64,000 nucleotides of DNA from Candidatus Poribacteria bacterium (GTDB taxonomy: Bacteria > Poribacteria > WGA-4E > PCPOR2b): NCBI GenBank assembly GCA_965116925.1, contig OZ220744.1:5568001-5632000 (forward strand), written 5' to 3'. The translations under genes were made by a program, and so were the position numbers. This document shows, in pieces, positions 10,515 through 20,952 of this stretch (positions are counted from its first letter, which is position 1; each line of letters begins with the position of its first letter). The notes under the pieces are model-generated. The model saw only the letters and a list, made by a program, of their open reading frames with translations. It had not been told where the DNA came from and ran no database searches.

Positions 10515-11204
10515 TCAAGTTTTGTAGACTGTTGGATCTTCAACGCCCGCTTCTTCAAAGCCCTTTATTCGTAACAGACAGCTATCACACGCACCACACG
10601 CTCTACCTTGTGGATCGGGGTCGTAACAGCTGAGGGTGAGTCCGTAGTCAACGCCGAGTTCCGCACCTTTTTGTATAATCTGCGCTTTAGTCATTGAGAT
10701 TAGGGGGGTTTCGATCTTTAGCTTCGCTGTACCTTCAACTCCAGCCTTAGTCGCCAGATTTCCCATCTGCTGATATGCTTCAATATATTCTGGTCTACAG
10801 TCGGGATAGCCGCTATAATCAAGAGCGTTGACACCGATGAAAATTGTGTCGATTTCTAACGTCTCCGCCCAAGCGAGTGCAAAAGATAGGAATATCGTAT
10901 TTCGTGCAGGAACGTAGGTGATTGGGATGCCGGTCCCAATTTCCTGATCTGACCGCTCTTTGGGAACATCAATATCATCCGTCAGTGCAGAACCGCCAAA
11001 TGCACGCAGATCTATATCGACGATGACATGCTTTTTTGCCCCCATTTTCTCCGAGATCTGCTTTGCGCTGTCGAGTTCCAAAATGTGTCGTTGGCCGTAC
11101 CGGAAACTTATGGTGTATACATCGTATCCTTGGGATTGTGCAATTGCGAGGATTGTCGTGGAATCAACACCCCCGCTTAAAAGCACGACCGCTTTTTTTG
11201 CCAA
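10515..11204 (-). CDS. queC: 7-cyano-7-deazaguanine synthase
   Basis: [28 protein letters not shown]...CGACDSC. Confidence 0.97.
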   Translation of the reverse strand: MAKKAVVLLSGGVDSTTILAIAQSQGYDVYTISFRYGQRHILELDSAKQISEKMGAKKHVIVDIDLRAFGGSALTDDIDVPKERSDQEIGTGIPITYVPARNTIFLSFALAWAETLEIDTIFIGVNALDYSGYPDCRPEYIEAYQQMGNLATKAGVEGTAKLKIETPLISMTKAQIIQKGAELGVDYGLTLSCYDPDPQGRACGACDSCLLRIKGFEEAGVEDPTVYKT

Positions 11205-11289
11205 TCTGAATTCCTCCTTTGTTTATTTGTAATAATGTAAGATTTGACCCACCGATGATTGGAGTTGTCAGCGTTGATTCGGGCATTTG

Positions 11290-11318
11290 ATTATAGCCAA
11301 ACATCAGAAAATTCTCAA
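11290..11318 (-). promoter_or_regulatory. Sigma70-type promoter for queC
   Basis: TTGAGA-17 bp-TATAAT on the minus strand. Confidence 0.7.
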
Positions 11319-11347
11319 GCGAAAATGACCTGACTTTCACCGCTCAG

Positions 11348-12334
11348 TTAATCACGCTTCTTATGTTTTAGATTTTCGGCGGCGTTGAACACCTGCTCAA
11401 CTGTTACTGCTTCTATGACCGCACAATTCCCCTTTCTACATCCGCCGGGACGCTTACCGGGGTGGCATGGGTTGCAACCGAGCTCAACACCACTCTGGAC
11501 GACGATGTGTTCCTCGCCATAGGGACCACTGCGATGGTGGTTTGTTGATCCAAAAATAGCGATGACAGGGGTCCCGACAGCAACGGCAATGTGCATTGGT
11601 CCCGTATCATTGCCGATATAGAAATCGCAGGCTGCGATAAGTCCAGCGATTTGACACAAATCGTCTGCTTTTACGCAGATTGGTTGTTGGCACATTAGAT
11701 CGGCAACTCGCGCTTGTAGCTGCCTCTCGTTGGGTCCAGCAAATAACAGAACCTGCACGTTCCATTTTTCACACAGCCGGTCTGCAATTTGTGCAAAGCT
11801 CTCCGGTCCCCATAGCTTATAAACCCAATTTCCGCCGGGGTGAATCCCAATTAGCACCTGATGTCGATTAACTCCATTTTCAGTTAAAAATGCGTCGCGT
11901 TTTGTGAGCCTTGAAGCGGTGAATTGTAGTTGTGGTCGTGCGCCATCGACATCGAGGCCGTGTCGCTGGAGCACATCAAGGTATCGTGTGACAGCGTGGA
12001 TATTTCCTCTCCTGAGCCGCATGTTCCAATGTTTTCCACCAACGAATCGGGACCATACGCTATCTCGGAGATCGACAACCAGATCGAACCTCTCACGGCG
12101 CAAAAATTGAATGAGGCGGATTTTTCCGCGCCAGCCAGCGTGCTCGCCTAGATTGTCGTACACAAGGACCTGATCTATTTGTGGGTCGGCAGCCAACAGA
12201 TCGAAGGCATGGCCGCCAACAAGGAAGGTAATCTTTGCATCGGGAAAATGTTGGCGTAACGGACTGATGACCGCTGTCGAAAGAACAGCGTCACCGATGA
12301 AACTGAAGCTGAATACCAGAATCTTTTCGATCAT
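11348..12334 (-). CDS. Glycosyltransferase family 9 (LPS heptosyltransferase-like)
   Basis: IGDAVL, IHPGG...KLW, IGNDTGPMHIA. Confidence 0.92.
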   Translation of the reverse strand: MIEKILVFSFSFIGDAVLSTAVISPLRQHFPDAKITFLVGGHAFDLLAADPQIDQVLVYDNLGEHAGWRGKIRLIQFLRRERFDLVVDLRDSVWSRFVGGKHWNMRLRRGNIHAVTRYLDVLQRHGLDVDGARPQLQFTASRLTKRDAFLTENGVNRHQVLIGIHPGGNWVYKLWGPESFAQIADRLCEKWNVQVLLFAGPNERQLQARVADLMCQQPICVKADDLCQIAGLIAACDFYIGNDTGPMHIAVAVGTPVIAIFGSTNHHRSGPYGEEHIVVQSGVELGCNPCHPGKRPGGCRKGNCAVIEAVTVEQVFNAAENLKHKKRD

Positions 12335-12405
12335 GATGTGTAGTGGTAGTTCAGAAGTTCATTTAATGGGCCAATATACTAATGCACTCATGAACAAATT
12401 ATCAC

Positions 12406-12632
12406 TTATAGTGGATCTTAGAATTAATGAGACACTTCAAATCGGCGCAGTTGGATGAAAATTAAAAAAATGATTCGGTAATTTCTAGCGACGCCGGCGC
12501 GGTTGAAAACCGCGCCTACCGTATGTTTGGAGGAAAATAGGGATTACCGATTTAAATACTTAAACTTCATGAAACAGCGCCTACCAAACATGGGAGGCGA
12601 CAGTGTCTATTTATGTTTAGAATTCACCATAG
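12406..12632 (+). mobile_element. Family-B nested MITE/REP composite, copy 1
   Basis: Near-identical to 15149-15370; outer ends TATAGTGGA / AATTCACCATAG; inner element 12455-12570. Confidence 0.8.
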
Positions 12633-14100
12633 TTACCGCATAAAACTGAATTTGGCTCCCCTTTTGACTGCGTAGGCAGACGATTAGTTCGGGTAGATCA
12701 TCATTGTCAGCGTCGGCAATTTTCATGTCCATAATTTGCCCATTGAGTAACGGGCTTCTCCACGCCTCTACATACAAATCTCCCTTTTGTTCAAGGATGA
12801 TAAATTGATCTGAAAAATCAAGGGTACTCGGCAGGTTTTTCACTGTCCCAACAATCTCCGGAGCACTATCCCCGTTCAGGTCCCCAATCACAACTCCCTC
12901 ACCAAAGATTGGTGGTGTCTGCCATGAGAGCTGCGTCGTGTTGTTGTCAATGTGATAGATTTGCAGATGTCCCTCCAAATCGACAAGGGCAACTTCGCTT
13001 GTGGAGCGATCTATCGCCCCTACGTGTGTGGCAATTGAATGGTAATCAACGGGCAACGGGCAGGGATGTTTCAGATGAATTTTTCCCATACGCCACACCC
13101 AACAGCTCGTCGATTGTCCGCGATAGGTCAGTTGATTGGCATCAGTTTTCCCAAAGATTAGCCGCTCCCCACCTTGGGCAAGTAATACCGAATCCTCTGC
13201 GAAAGTTGTTACCTTTGTGTCCTCTTCCCATTCGATTCGCTGTGTTAGGTTTGGCGTGATGCCGATATAAATCTCATCCCGATCATTCCCATCTCGGTCT
13301 GCGGCAAGCATTATCCGTTGGGGTCGCGCCAAAACCGGGGTCTCATCGGTGCCGTATTGTGCGTCTGACAGGTCAGGGTGTTCCCAAAGATCTACTCTGG
13401 TCCATTGCAATACTTTCACATACTTTTCGTCCGCGACCAACACTTCATTAAAACCATCTCCGTCCGGATCTGAGACCTCGATTGCGAGTGCAAAATAGTC
13501 CGCCTCCGGTAAACTTTGCCATTTGAGGAAGTAGGGTTGAAAGTTCGCGTCAGGTGCTGCCCTATAGAGTCCCGCCAATGCAGCAACAGGGGATAGTTGA
13601 CGATTGGCAACATATCGGAGATATCCTGTCTTCACATCCCATAAAAAAAGATTGAGGTTGACGACTAGATCAAGTCTTGCGATGTGCCCCGTGATTAGCC
13701 ATCGACATGCCAAGGATTTGCCATACTGCTTCACCTGCTCAGGAGTCAACAGACTGCCATCTGTGGGGTATTGACGCCAATCTAGACGTTCTGAGCCGAT
13801 AAGAGCCTCGCCGATTGCCCCTGCCAACTGAGAGGCAAGTAGACTTGTCAAAACACGACTCACCGTTTTTAGATCTGGTTCTGTTGTGTTTAGGGGAATC
13901 AACGCGGTTCCAGCTTCGCTGGAATCCTGCGGTAGTTCCGCAATCACCTCACCTGCAATACCTGCTATTGCACGATTCAGATCCCGCTCTGGCGCAGCAA
14001 AGGCTACAATCACACAGTACCAAAAGAGGATAAAAACGGTGAGGGGCAGACAAGCTTTGATCTTAAAGGAATCCTGAGTTACTGTAGTATTTTGCGTCAT
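12607..14100 (-). CDS. Exported protein with FG-GAP/VCBS-like repeats
   Basis: Signal-like N-terminus; DPDGDGFNE, DRDGNDRDE, DLNGDSAPE, DADNDDLPE repeats. Confidence 0.75.
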   Translation of the reverse strand: MTQNTTVTQDSFKIKACLPLTVFILFWYCVIVAFAAPERDLNRAIAGIAGEVIAELPQDSSEAGTALIPLNTTEPDLKTVSRVLTSLLASQLAGAIGEALIGSERLDWRQYPTDGSLLTPEQVKQYGKSLACRWLITGHIARLDLVVNLNLFLWDVKTGYLRYVANRQLSPVAALAGLYRAAPDANFQPYFLKWQSLPEADYFALAIEVSDPDGDGFNEVLVADEKYVKVLQWTRVDLWEHPDLSDAQYGTDETPVLARPQRIMLAADRDGNDRDEIYIGITPNLTQRIEWEEDTKVTTFAEDSVLLAQGGERLIFGKTDANQLTYRGQSTSCWVWRMGKIHLKHPCPLPVDYHSIATHVGAIDRSTSEVALVDLEGHLQIYHIDNNTTQLSWQTPPIFGEGVVIGDLNGDSAPEIVGTVKNLPSTLDFSDQFIILEQKGDLYVEAWRSPLLNGQIMDMKIADADNDDLPELIVCLRSQKGSQIQFYAVTMVNSKHK

Positions 14101-14313
14101 TCGTCACTCCTTATCGGCACGCGTCGTGTTTCGGTTATAGGGCTACTTAGTTTGCGTCTCCCTATCTGAGCGATGCGTCAGGATTTGGGGATCTCTCCTA
14201 CAAGAGAACTAAATCTCCCTATTTCAGTTAAAGTTTATCTTGACAAAACAATCCCATGTGTGGAATTATAAGGTGTTATCATACTTACTGTCAATCGTAC
14301 ACCGTTAAACCAG

Positions 14314-15147
14314 ATGCAAATTCCAGACTACTACCGCACATTAGAAATAGATCGCCGCGCAACAGCAGAGGACATTAAACAGGCTTACCGTAAGCAGGTG
14401 AAGCGGCACCACCCGGATAAAAATCCGGGGCAGGAGAAGTATGCCGAGCGAATGTTTCGCCGGATCTGTATCGCCTATGAAATTCTTAGCGATCCCCAGC
14501 GGAAGTTAAAGTATGATCTCACGCTTAAGTCAGTCGATGTAGAGCACGCGTGGCACCTCCGTCCTTTTGAAAATCTCCGGAAATCAAACCAAACTCGACA
14601 CAAGTATCAACTCATGTTTCAGGAACTGCTGAACGAGAACATTGAAGCGGGTATCGAAATTTACGAGCAGTTGCAGTGTGAGAAGAGAAAGGGCTGTATT
14701 GACGACTTTTTGGGCTATGCAGACAGCCGTGACTGCGAATTCCTCATCGCAGAAGCCTACCAGACGCTTGGGGATTATCGAACGGCGATGGAAATTTATG
14801 AGTCTTTAATTGAGTCCGAAAAGCGGCGTCCCTGTTTCCACCACTTCATTGATGAAATCAAGGAACGATTGAAACGGGTCTATTTCCGTGTCCTGACGAA
14901 CCCTCAAAACCTTGAAGATATCCCAACGGATTTAGAAAAGATTCGCGCTTTGAACCTATCGAAACGTGAAACGGCATGGATTTATAAAAGATTATCGGAG
15001 TGCTACATTGATATTAACCAGATTAACCAAGCGAAAGAGATGTTGAATATGGCATTTGAACTCCACCCGGGCATGGCGGGTGCAAAAAAGATTTGTCAAC
15101 AGCTAGGCATGGAACACTTACTGTTACAAAATGGCAAACGATGGTAA
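14314..15147 (+). CDS. J-domain (DnaJ-like) protein with TPR-like C-terminus
   Basis: DYYRTL...IKQAYRK...HHPDKN...AYEILSDP. Confidence 0.88.
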   Translation: MQIPDYYRTLEIDRRATAEDIKQAYRKQVKRHHPDKNPGQEKYAERMFRRICIAYEILSDPQRKLKYDLTLKSVDVEHAWHLRPFENLRKSNQTRHKYQLMFQELLNENIEAGIEIYEQLQCEKRKGCIDDFLGYADSRDCEFLIAEAYQTLGDYRTAMEIYESLIESEKRRPCFHHFIDEIKERLKRVYFRVLTNPQNLEDIPTDLEKIRALNLSKRETAWIYKRLSECYIDINQINQAKEMLNMAFELHPGMAGAKKICQQLGMEHLLLQNGKRW

Positions 15148-15148
15148 T

Positions 15149-15370
15149 CTATAGTAGATTCTAGAATTAATGAGACACTCCAAACCGGGGCGGTTTGATG
15201 AAAATTAAAAAAACAGTTCGGTAATTTGCTAGCGACGCCGGCGCGGTTTCCAACCGCGCCTACCGTATGTTTGGAGGAAAATAGGGATTACCGATTTAAA
15301 TACTTAAACTTCATGTAACCGCACCTACCGGGGGGCGCAAGTGTTTCTTTATTTTTTGAATTCACTATAA
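15149..15370 (+). mobile_element. Family-B nested MITE/REP composite, copy 2
   Basis: Outer ends CTATAGTAGATTC / GAATTCACTATAA; inner element 15198-15314. Confidence 0.8.
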
Positions 15371-15670
15371 TTCAAATAATCACTCCGATGAATTATCTTA
15401 TTTTAGGTTACAGATAGTATAATATCATAACCCCCCGTGTTTTTCTATTGATAATGCATCCAGTCTAGGGGCATTTAATTCTCCCCTATTATTTTTTGAA
15501 TCACGGATAAACACGGATTGAGGGATTACACGGATAAAAGGCGATCTCAATACCTACCATAAGAACGCGCAATGGATTGCGCTACTGCAAACAGCGGGGC
15601 AGGTCTGATCCCGTTCCATTCATACCGTTCAGGTTCAATATCAAAGCATCTAAATGCCTAGGTTTCTGCC

Positions 15671-16897
15671 ATGCTCCAACAAATCAATCCAACCCTAAAA
15701 GTCAGAGGAAATTTGGTTGTCGGACAATCCGGGAATCCATCGGCAGTATTCAACGCTTGCCTCTATGGCGCGATCCAAGAGGCAAAGCAACACCCTGAAA
15801 TCCAAAATATCTACGGTATGGTAGATGGCATTGGGGGACTGTTGAAAGGCGACCTGATTGATCTGGGACGGCAGAACCCGACGATCCTTGAAGGACTGAA
15901 AAACGTTCCATCTGCCGCACTCCCCTCCAACCACGATGCCCTTGTGGACGAGGATTATGATCGCGCTCTGGAAATCTGCAAAAAATATAAGATCCGCTAT
16001 GTCATTTATATGGGCGATAAGGGGGCAATGTCCACCGCCGAGCAACTTGCGGAATTCGCTGAGGTTGAAAGCTACCCGCTCTGTTGCATAGGAGTTCCGC
16101 ACTCCGTGGAGAACACGCTTGGCTTCACAGATCACTGTTTCGGTTACGGCACCGCCGCACGAGCAAACGCTATCGTCGTGCGAAATGTTGGACGTGATAT
16201 TGAGGCAATGGGTGTCACGGCAGGCGTAAAAATTATTGAGACGATGGGAAGTAATTCCGGTTGGCTCGCCGCAGCAACTGTCTTGGCAAAAGATTCCGAT
16301 GATAGCCCACCACACCTGATTTATCTCCCGGAAAGTGGGCTGGATCCGGCGCAATTCCTCGCCGATGTAGAGGGAGTGTGTCGGCGGTTAGGCTATTGTC
16401 TAATTGTCGTCAGTGAGGGGTTGAAAGGGGTGGACGAATGCACACTTCCGCCGGGCAAGCGTATAGGGGAATATCTGTGTGAACTCCTCGCAGATCGACT
16501 CCAGCTGAAGGCAAGTTGGGATAAACTTGAGGATCTCTCTCGATTCGGAATGCAGTCCGCTTCAGTCGTCGATTCTGGGGAGGCGGTAATGGCGGGGCAA
16601 GCGGCTGTCCGCCGCGCTGTTGATGGAATGAACGGCTTCATGATTACTATTGCTCGACACTTAGACCCGAACAAGCCTTATAGCTCTTTAATCGGTATGG
16701 TGCGGCTCAGACTGGGGGCGAGGTCTGAAAAAAGGGTGCCAGCGACGTTCATAAACGAGGCGGATAACTTTGTCACGGAGGCGTTTGAGAAGTACGCAAC
16801 CCCATTGATTGGCGGAAAGCTGCCTGCTACTTTAGAGTCAGATCCTATCGGGGAGGATGTACAGTTGGAGCCAATGCCTGTCAGCGTCCCCGACTGA
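15671..16897 (+). CDS. 6-phosphofructokinase (PfkA/PPi-PFK family) homologue with degenerate active site
   Basis: GQSGNPSAVFNA, TDHCFGYGTAA, ETMGSNSGWLAAA, HLIYLPE, VVSEG; GGxD, PKTIDND and MGR motifs altered. Confidence 0.8.
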   Translation: MLQQINPTLKVRGNLVVGQSGNPSAVFNACLYGAIQEAKQHPEIQNIYGMVDGIGGLLKGDLIDLGRQNPTILEGLKNVPSAALPSNHDALVDEDYDRALEICKKYKIRYVIYMGDKGAMSTAEQLAEFAEVESYPLCCIGVPHSVENTLGFTDHCFGYGTAARANAIVVRNVGRDIEAMGVTAGVKIIETMGSNSGWLAAATVLAKDSDDSPPHLIYLPESGLDPAQFLADVEGVCRRLGYCLIVVSEGLKGVDECTLPPGKRIGEYLCELLADRLQLKASWDKLEDLSRFGMQSASVVDSGEAVMAGQAAVRRAVDGMNGFMITIARHLDPNKPYSSLIGMVRLRLGARSEKRVPATFINEADNFVTEAFEKYATPLIGGKLPATLESDPIGEDVQLEPMPVSVPD

Positions 16898-16924
16898 TAG
16901 TTCAGAAAAGAGTGGATTTTCATC

Positions 16925-17506
16925 ATGAGCATGTTTCGTGAACATTGGATTGGTGGATTGGTGGTCTACACTTCGTTTTTCGCGATTTCGCTTGCAGCAA
17001 CGCTAATCGGCATCTTCGCTTTTCGACTGCCAATCGACTGGAACCCAACAGTTCCCCTTGATCCCCTGAAAATCGCTGCTTGTTTCGCCATCGGTGTTCT
17101 TTCAGGGTTGTGGCCCGATGTGGACACCAAGAGCAAAAGTCAACAGATATTCTATCGACTCTTCCTTATCTCTAACGTTGTATTGATCTATAAGGGACAT
17201 TACGCCATATCCGCATTTTTTGGCTTATTTGCTATGCTTCCGCTCATCGGCAATCATCGAGGCTGGACACATTCCAAATTGACGATGCTGTTGTTACCCG
17301 CGGTTTTCCTGATTTTGCCGATGGCCTATTTCCAACGTGATCAGTTGGACCGAAATGAGTTGTTGGCATCGCAGAATCTGGTCTTGCTCAAAGGGTGGCT
17401 GCCCTTCTATACAGCCAGTTTAATCGGGTATGCAACGCATTTACATTTGGACGGTATTCTATTACGGTCCCGCAAGGCACAAAGGCGTCAGGCAAGGACT
17501 GGTTAA
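16925..17506 (+). CDS. Membrane-bound metal-dependent hydrolase (YdjM-like)
   Basis: N-terminal His, PDVD, HRGWTHS, HLHLD; several TM helices. Confidence 0.85.
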   Translation: MSMFREHWIGGLVVYTSFFAISLAATLIGIFAFRLPIDWNPTVPLDPLKIAACFAIGVLSGLWPDVDTKSKSQQIFYRLFLISNVVLIYKGHYAISAFFGLFAMLPLIGNHRGWTHSKLTMLLLPAVFLILPMAYFQRDQLDRNELLASQNLVLLKGWLPFYTASLIGYATHLHLDGILLRSRKAQRRQARTG

Positions 17507-17777
17507 AGCGATTCTTTTCTCTTTATTTTTAGGACTTACGCACTTCAGTTTTAAGAGTAGAGACGGACGCAGATCTCGCAGATAAAGGTCGCATGAGCGA
17601 GATTAAAAAGGTTACGTTTTGCCTGCGAAAATCAAATTTTCCCATTTTTCCCGCGCAAATGGGAAAATTGTCCCTATTTCAGGGTGAAACGTTTTGTCAT
17701 AGACCTTTAATCGTGTTACAAACAGTTACAAACAATTACATTTCATTGTCGTCTTATCGTTGGGATTCTTATTGTTG

Positions 17778-17943
17778 TAGGAGTTACGCACTTCAGTAGT
17801 GAACAACGATCATTGTTCACTACGAACTCCTTGATGGTGCGTCTACTGTAGTTGCCCGTTTCTTAACAGGCGTTGGAAGTTGTGTCCTACGGCGATGAAT
17901 CGCCGAGCTACAGGATTTTGAGCATTCAACTGCATAAGTCCTA
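17778..17943 (+). mobile_element. Family-C MITE with REP cargo (an orphan left end also at 17530)
   Basis: TAGGAGTTACGCA ... TGCATAAGTCCTA terminal inverted repeats. Confidence 0.75.
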
Positions 17944-18096
17944 ATTTTATTACTATCATCGCTGATAGTGCCTGCATTAGAATCTTGCGATAGAAATTTC
18001 ATGTGGTTGCCACGATTATGTAACATTTCTTCAGTATACTTTTTTGTTTTTCAGGGATAAATAGTTTTCAATAGAATTGATACAGAAGGAGAAAAA

Positions 18097-19839
18097 TTGA
18101 TGGATTGTAAACAGATTTTGAAAGTTTTTGCTGTGTTGCTTTTATGCCTTGCTGCTGGTGGTGTTGTAGCACAAGCCCCAGACTTTCCGGACCGGATGCC
18201 GATTGTCGAACGACCATTTTCAGAGGATCCGGACAAATTCACTTTCGCGATTATTGGCGATAAAACCGGGGGCGGTCTAGATAAGTGGCACATATTTGAT
18301 CGTGCAATCAGTGAAATTAATGCGCTGCAACCTGACTTTGCCATCATGGTGGGTGACCTGATACAAGGGGTAACGACTGATATAGCACAACTCGACGCGG
18401 AATGGGAGGAGTTTTGGCAACATGAATCCCCTCTGAACGTCCCATTCCTACCGTTACCGGGGAACCACGATATCACCAATCCGGTGATGTATGACTATTG
18501 GGTTGAGCATATCGGACGAACCTATTCCGCTTTTACCTATAAAGGTTGCCTGTTTATCATACTCAATACGGAGGAGAGACACGGGTTGCCTCAAGGCGTG
18601 GAAGATTGGTTTGGAGAGGCGCAGATTCGCTATGCAGCGGAAGCCTTGGAACAACATACGGATGTGCGCCACACTTTTGTTCTGCTGCACAAGCCCGCAT
18701 GGTTACATGAAGATTCCGGTTGGGATCAAATTGAGGAAATGCTGGGGGACCGGGCATACACCGTTTTTGCTGGGCACTACCATAACCTGACACTGCACAC
18801 GCGCAATGACCGCCGATATTTTGTACTGGGCGCGACCGGCGGCGGACTAACTCCTCGTGACGTAAAAGAGTTTGGTGCGTTTGATCATTATAGCATTGTG
18901 ACGGTGGACGGTGATGATGTCACTGTTGCGATTGTTGAACCGGGCAGTATCCATCCGGCAGACATCTCGACCACCGCGTTCAAAGAGAAGTTCGGAGATC
19001 TGCTCACTTTTCAGTCGGACTTTGAGGTTGACAGAGCGCAGCCCGTTGCCAGCGGAAAGCTGGAAATCGAGTTAAAAAATAGGCTTGAAAAACTGGTAAA
19101 GGTTGAAATTGCGTTTGACCCAAGTGATAATTGGCAGATAACTCCGAATCAACTCACCTTTGAAGTGAAGCCGGGGCGGGAGACACAGAGTGTGGTGACG
19201 TTTTTAGGTGCGTCTGATGCGTTGCTACCCTTACCAACGTACCACTACTCCATCCTGTACGGTGGGGAGCAGTTGTATAGCCGGAGCGAGAAGGTTAAGT
19301 TTGTCGATGAGGCAGATCTGCACGCGCTCAAAGACTGGCAGATTCTCGGTCCGTTTGACCTCGGCATGACAGAGCGACCGACCGACTCGCAAACTGCGCC
19401 GGCGCAGTTTATTGCTGAACAACTTCCAGAGGAGGGATTAAGTGCTAAGACCTATCCGGGAAAGAATGGGGAAATCCACTGGCAGGAGCACCGTGCTGAC
19501 AGCGAAGTTATCAACTTAAACAAGGCATTGGGGGATCCGGATTGGGCACTCGCTTACGCAGTAACGCATATCAAGAGCCCTGACGACCGGACGGTTTTCG
19601 CTCAAATTCGATGGGGAAGTGAGTTGGGACGGCTTTCTGTCAACGGCGTCGAGATTCGGGAGGCATCCGTACCGGAAGCGGACCTATTCTTCAGCTGGGC
19701 TTACGTTGAGTTGCCGTTGAAGGCGGGTTGGAATACCGTGATGGTCAAATCCGCAGATTATACGGGCGGCTGGCACTATCGGATGTGGGTTGAAAACCGG
19801 ATGGATACGCTTGTTTTTTCCCATCAGATGCCGCACTAA
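18097..19839 (+). CDS. Secreted calcineurin-like metallophosphoesterase with C-terminal beta domains
   Basis: Signal peptide; IIGD, VGD, PGNHD, LLHKP, FAGHYH. Confidence 0.88.
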   Translation: MMDCKQILKVFAVLLLCLAAGGVVAQAPDFPDRMPIVERPFSEDPDKFTFAIIGDKTGGGLDKWHIFDRAISEINALQPDFAIMVGDLIQGVTTDIAQLDAEWEEFWQHESPLNVPFLPLPGNHDITNPVMYDYWVEHIGRTYSAFTYKGCLFIILNTEERHGLPQGVEDWFGEAQIRYAAEALEQHTDVRHTFVLLHKPAWLHEDSGWDQIEEMLGDRAYTVFAGHYHNLTLHTRNDRRYFVLGATGGGLTPRDVKEFGAFDHYSIVTVDGDDVTVAIVEPGSIHPADISTTAFKEKFGDLLTFQSDFEVDRAQPVASGKLEIELKNRLEKLVKVEIAFDPSDNWQITPNQLTFEVKPGRETQSVVTFLGASDALLPLPTYHYSILYGGEQLYSRSEKVKFVDEADLHALKDWQILGPFDLGMTERPTDSQTAPAQFIAEQLPEEGLSAKTYPGKNGEIHWQEHRADSEVINLNKALGDPDWALAYAVTHIKSPDDRTVFAQIRWGSELGRLSVNGVEIREASVPEADLFFSWAYVELPLKAGWNTVMVKSADYTGGWHYRMWVENRMDTLVFSHQMPH

Positions 19840-19953
19840 TGCGCTGTTAGGGAGCTTTACGTAGGGACGCAATGGTGTCGAACCGTTCCACAGCATTTGG
19901 GTGAGTCAACCTTGTCCCTACCACCACGATTAAATTAGACCGTTCATGAATAG

Positions 19954-20126
19954 TAGGAGTTACGCACTTCAGATTGTAGGGAACGCAGATCTGCGTTCCC
20001 TACGAATTACTGTAGTTGCCCGATTCATCGGGCGTTGAGAGTTGGCCTGTGTGGCGATTTATCGCCGAACTACAGGTCGCAGACTCTCGGAACGGAGACT
20101 TTGAGCGTTCAACTGCGTAACTCCTA
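19954..20126 (+). mobile_element. Family-C MITE with REP cargo
   Basis: TAGGAGTTACGCA ... TGCGTAACTCCTA perfect 13 bp TIR; internal GTAG hairpins. Confidence 0.8.
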
Positions 20127-20154
20127 CATAAGTCAAATAGTGAGGATGTCAATT

Positions 20155-20946
20155 ATGTCGAATTACCTAGAACCGACACATCATAGAGATTGGAAAAATA
20201 ACAACTATCTAAAAATTTCGGGCTTCTTCTCAGATGAAGAGGTGACGGCATTGCAAGCGTGGGTCAAGGACATTGAGGGACGGAAACCGACCCATGACAA
20301 ATGGCTGCACCATTTTGAAGCCACGCCGGACGGGACGCGGCTTTCTCGTTCGGAAAATTTTGTGCCGTACCACACAGGTCTGGAGAAACTGTTGACGGGT
20401 GGCAAGGTGTTGGACGTTGTTTCGGAATTGATGGGCGAGCCGGCAGTCCTCTATAAGGAGAAAATCAATTACAAGTACCCCGGTGGTGGTGGTTACGCCC
20501 CACATCAGGATGCGCCCGCTTACGAGTTCGTTACATTCCATATTACCTGTTTGATTTCCGTTGATCCATCAACACCGGAGAGCGGTTGTCTCTCTTTCTC
20601 GCCGGGGCGATACGAAAAAGATTTCATTGCGCTCGATGAGAAGGGTTGTATTGCTGAGGAGGTCGCTTCGGAGATGGAATGGGTAGAGGTGCCAACAGAG
20701 CCGGGGGACATCCTGCTTTTTGGGTCCTATATCCCACATAAGAGCGGAGCAAACAGCTCCAATCAACCGCGACGCATCATCTATGTAACCTACAACGCCC
20801 TCTCCGAAGGCGATTGGCGGGAGCAGTATTACGAGGATAAGCGACAGGCCTTTTCGGAATATAAAAAAAGCAGTTCAGCAGAAGCAGGTCAAATCAGTAA
20901 AATTGGACACTTTCAGGGGAGGACGGTGCTGAACCATGAAAGATAA
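20155..20946 (+). CDS. phnY: PhyH-family Fe(II)/2-oxoglutarate dioxygenase, PhnY-like
   Basis: KEKINYKYPGGGGYAPHQD, PHKS...N...RR; adjacent to a PhnZ-like gene; track start lies inside a MITE. Confidence 0.7.
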   Translation: MSNYLEPTHHRDWKNNNYLKISGFFSDEEVTALQAWVKDIEGRKPTHDKWLHHFEATPDGTRLSRSENFVPYHTGLEKLLTGGKVLDVVSELMGEPAVLYKEKINYKYPGGGGYAPHQDAPAYEFVTFHITCLISVDPSTPESGCLSFSPGRYEKDFIALDEKGCIAEEVASEMEWVEVPTEPGDILLFGSYIPHKSGANSSNQPRRIIYVTYNALSEGDWREQYYEDKRQAFSEYKKSSSAEAGQISKIGHFQGRTVLNHER

Positions 20947-20952
20947 TGAGAC

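Noticed and set aside
11205..11290. preQ1 riboswitch upstream of queC
   Set aside because: No recognisable preQ1 stem-loop with an A-rich tail
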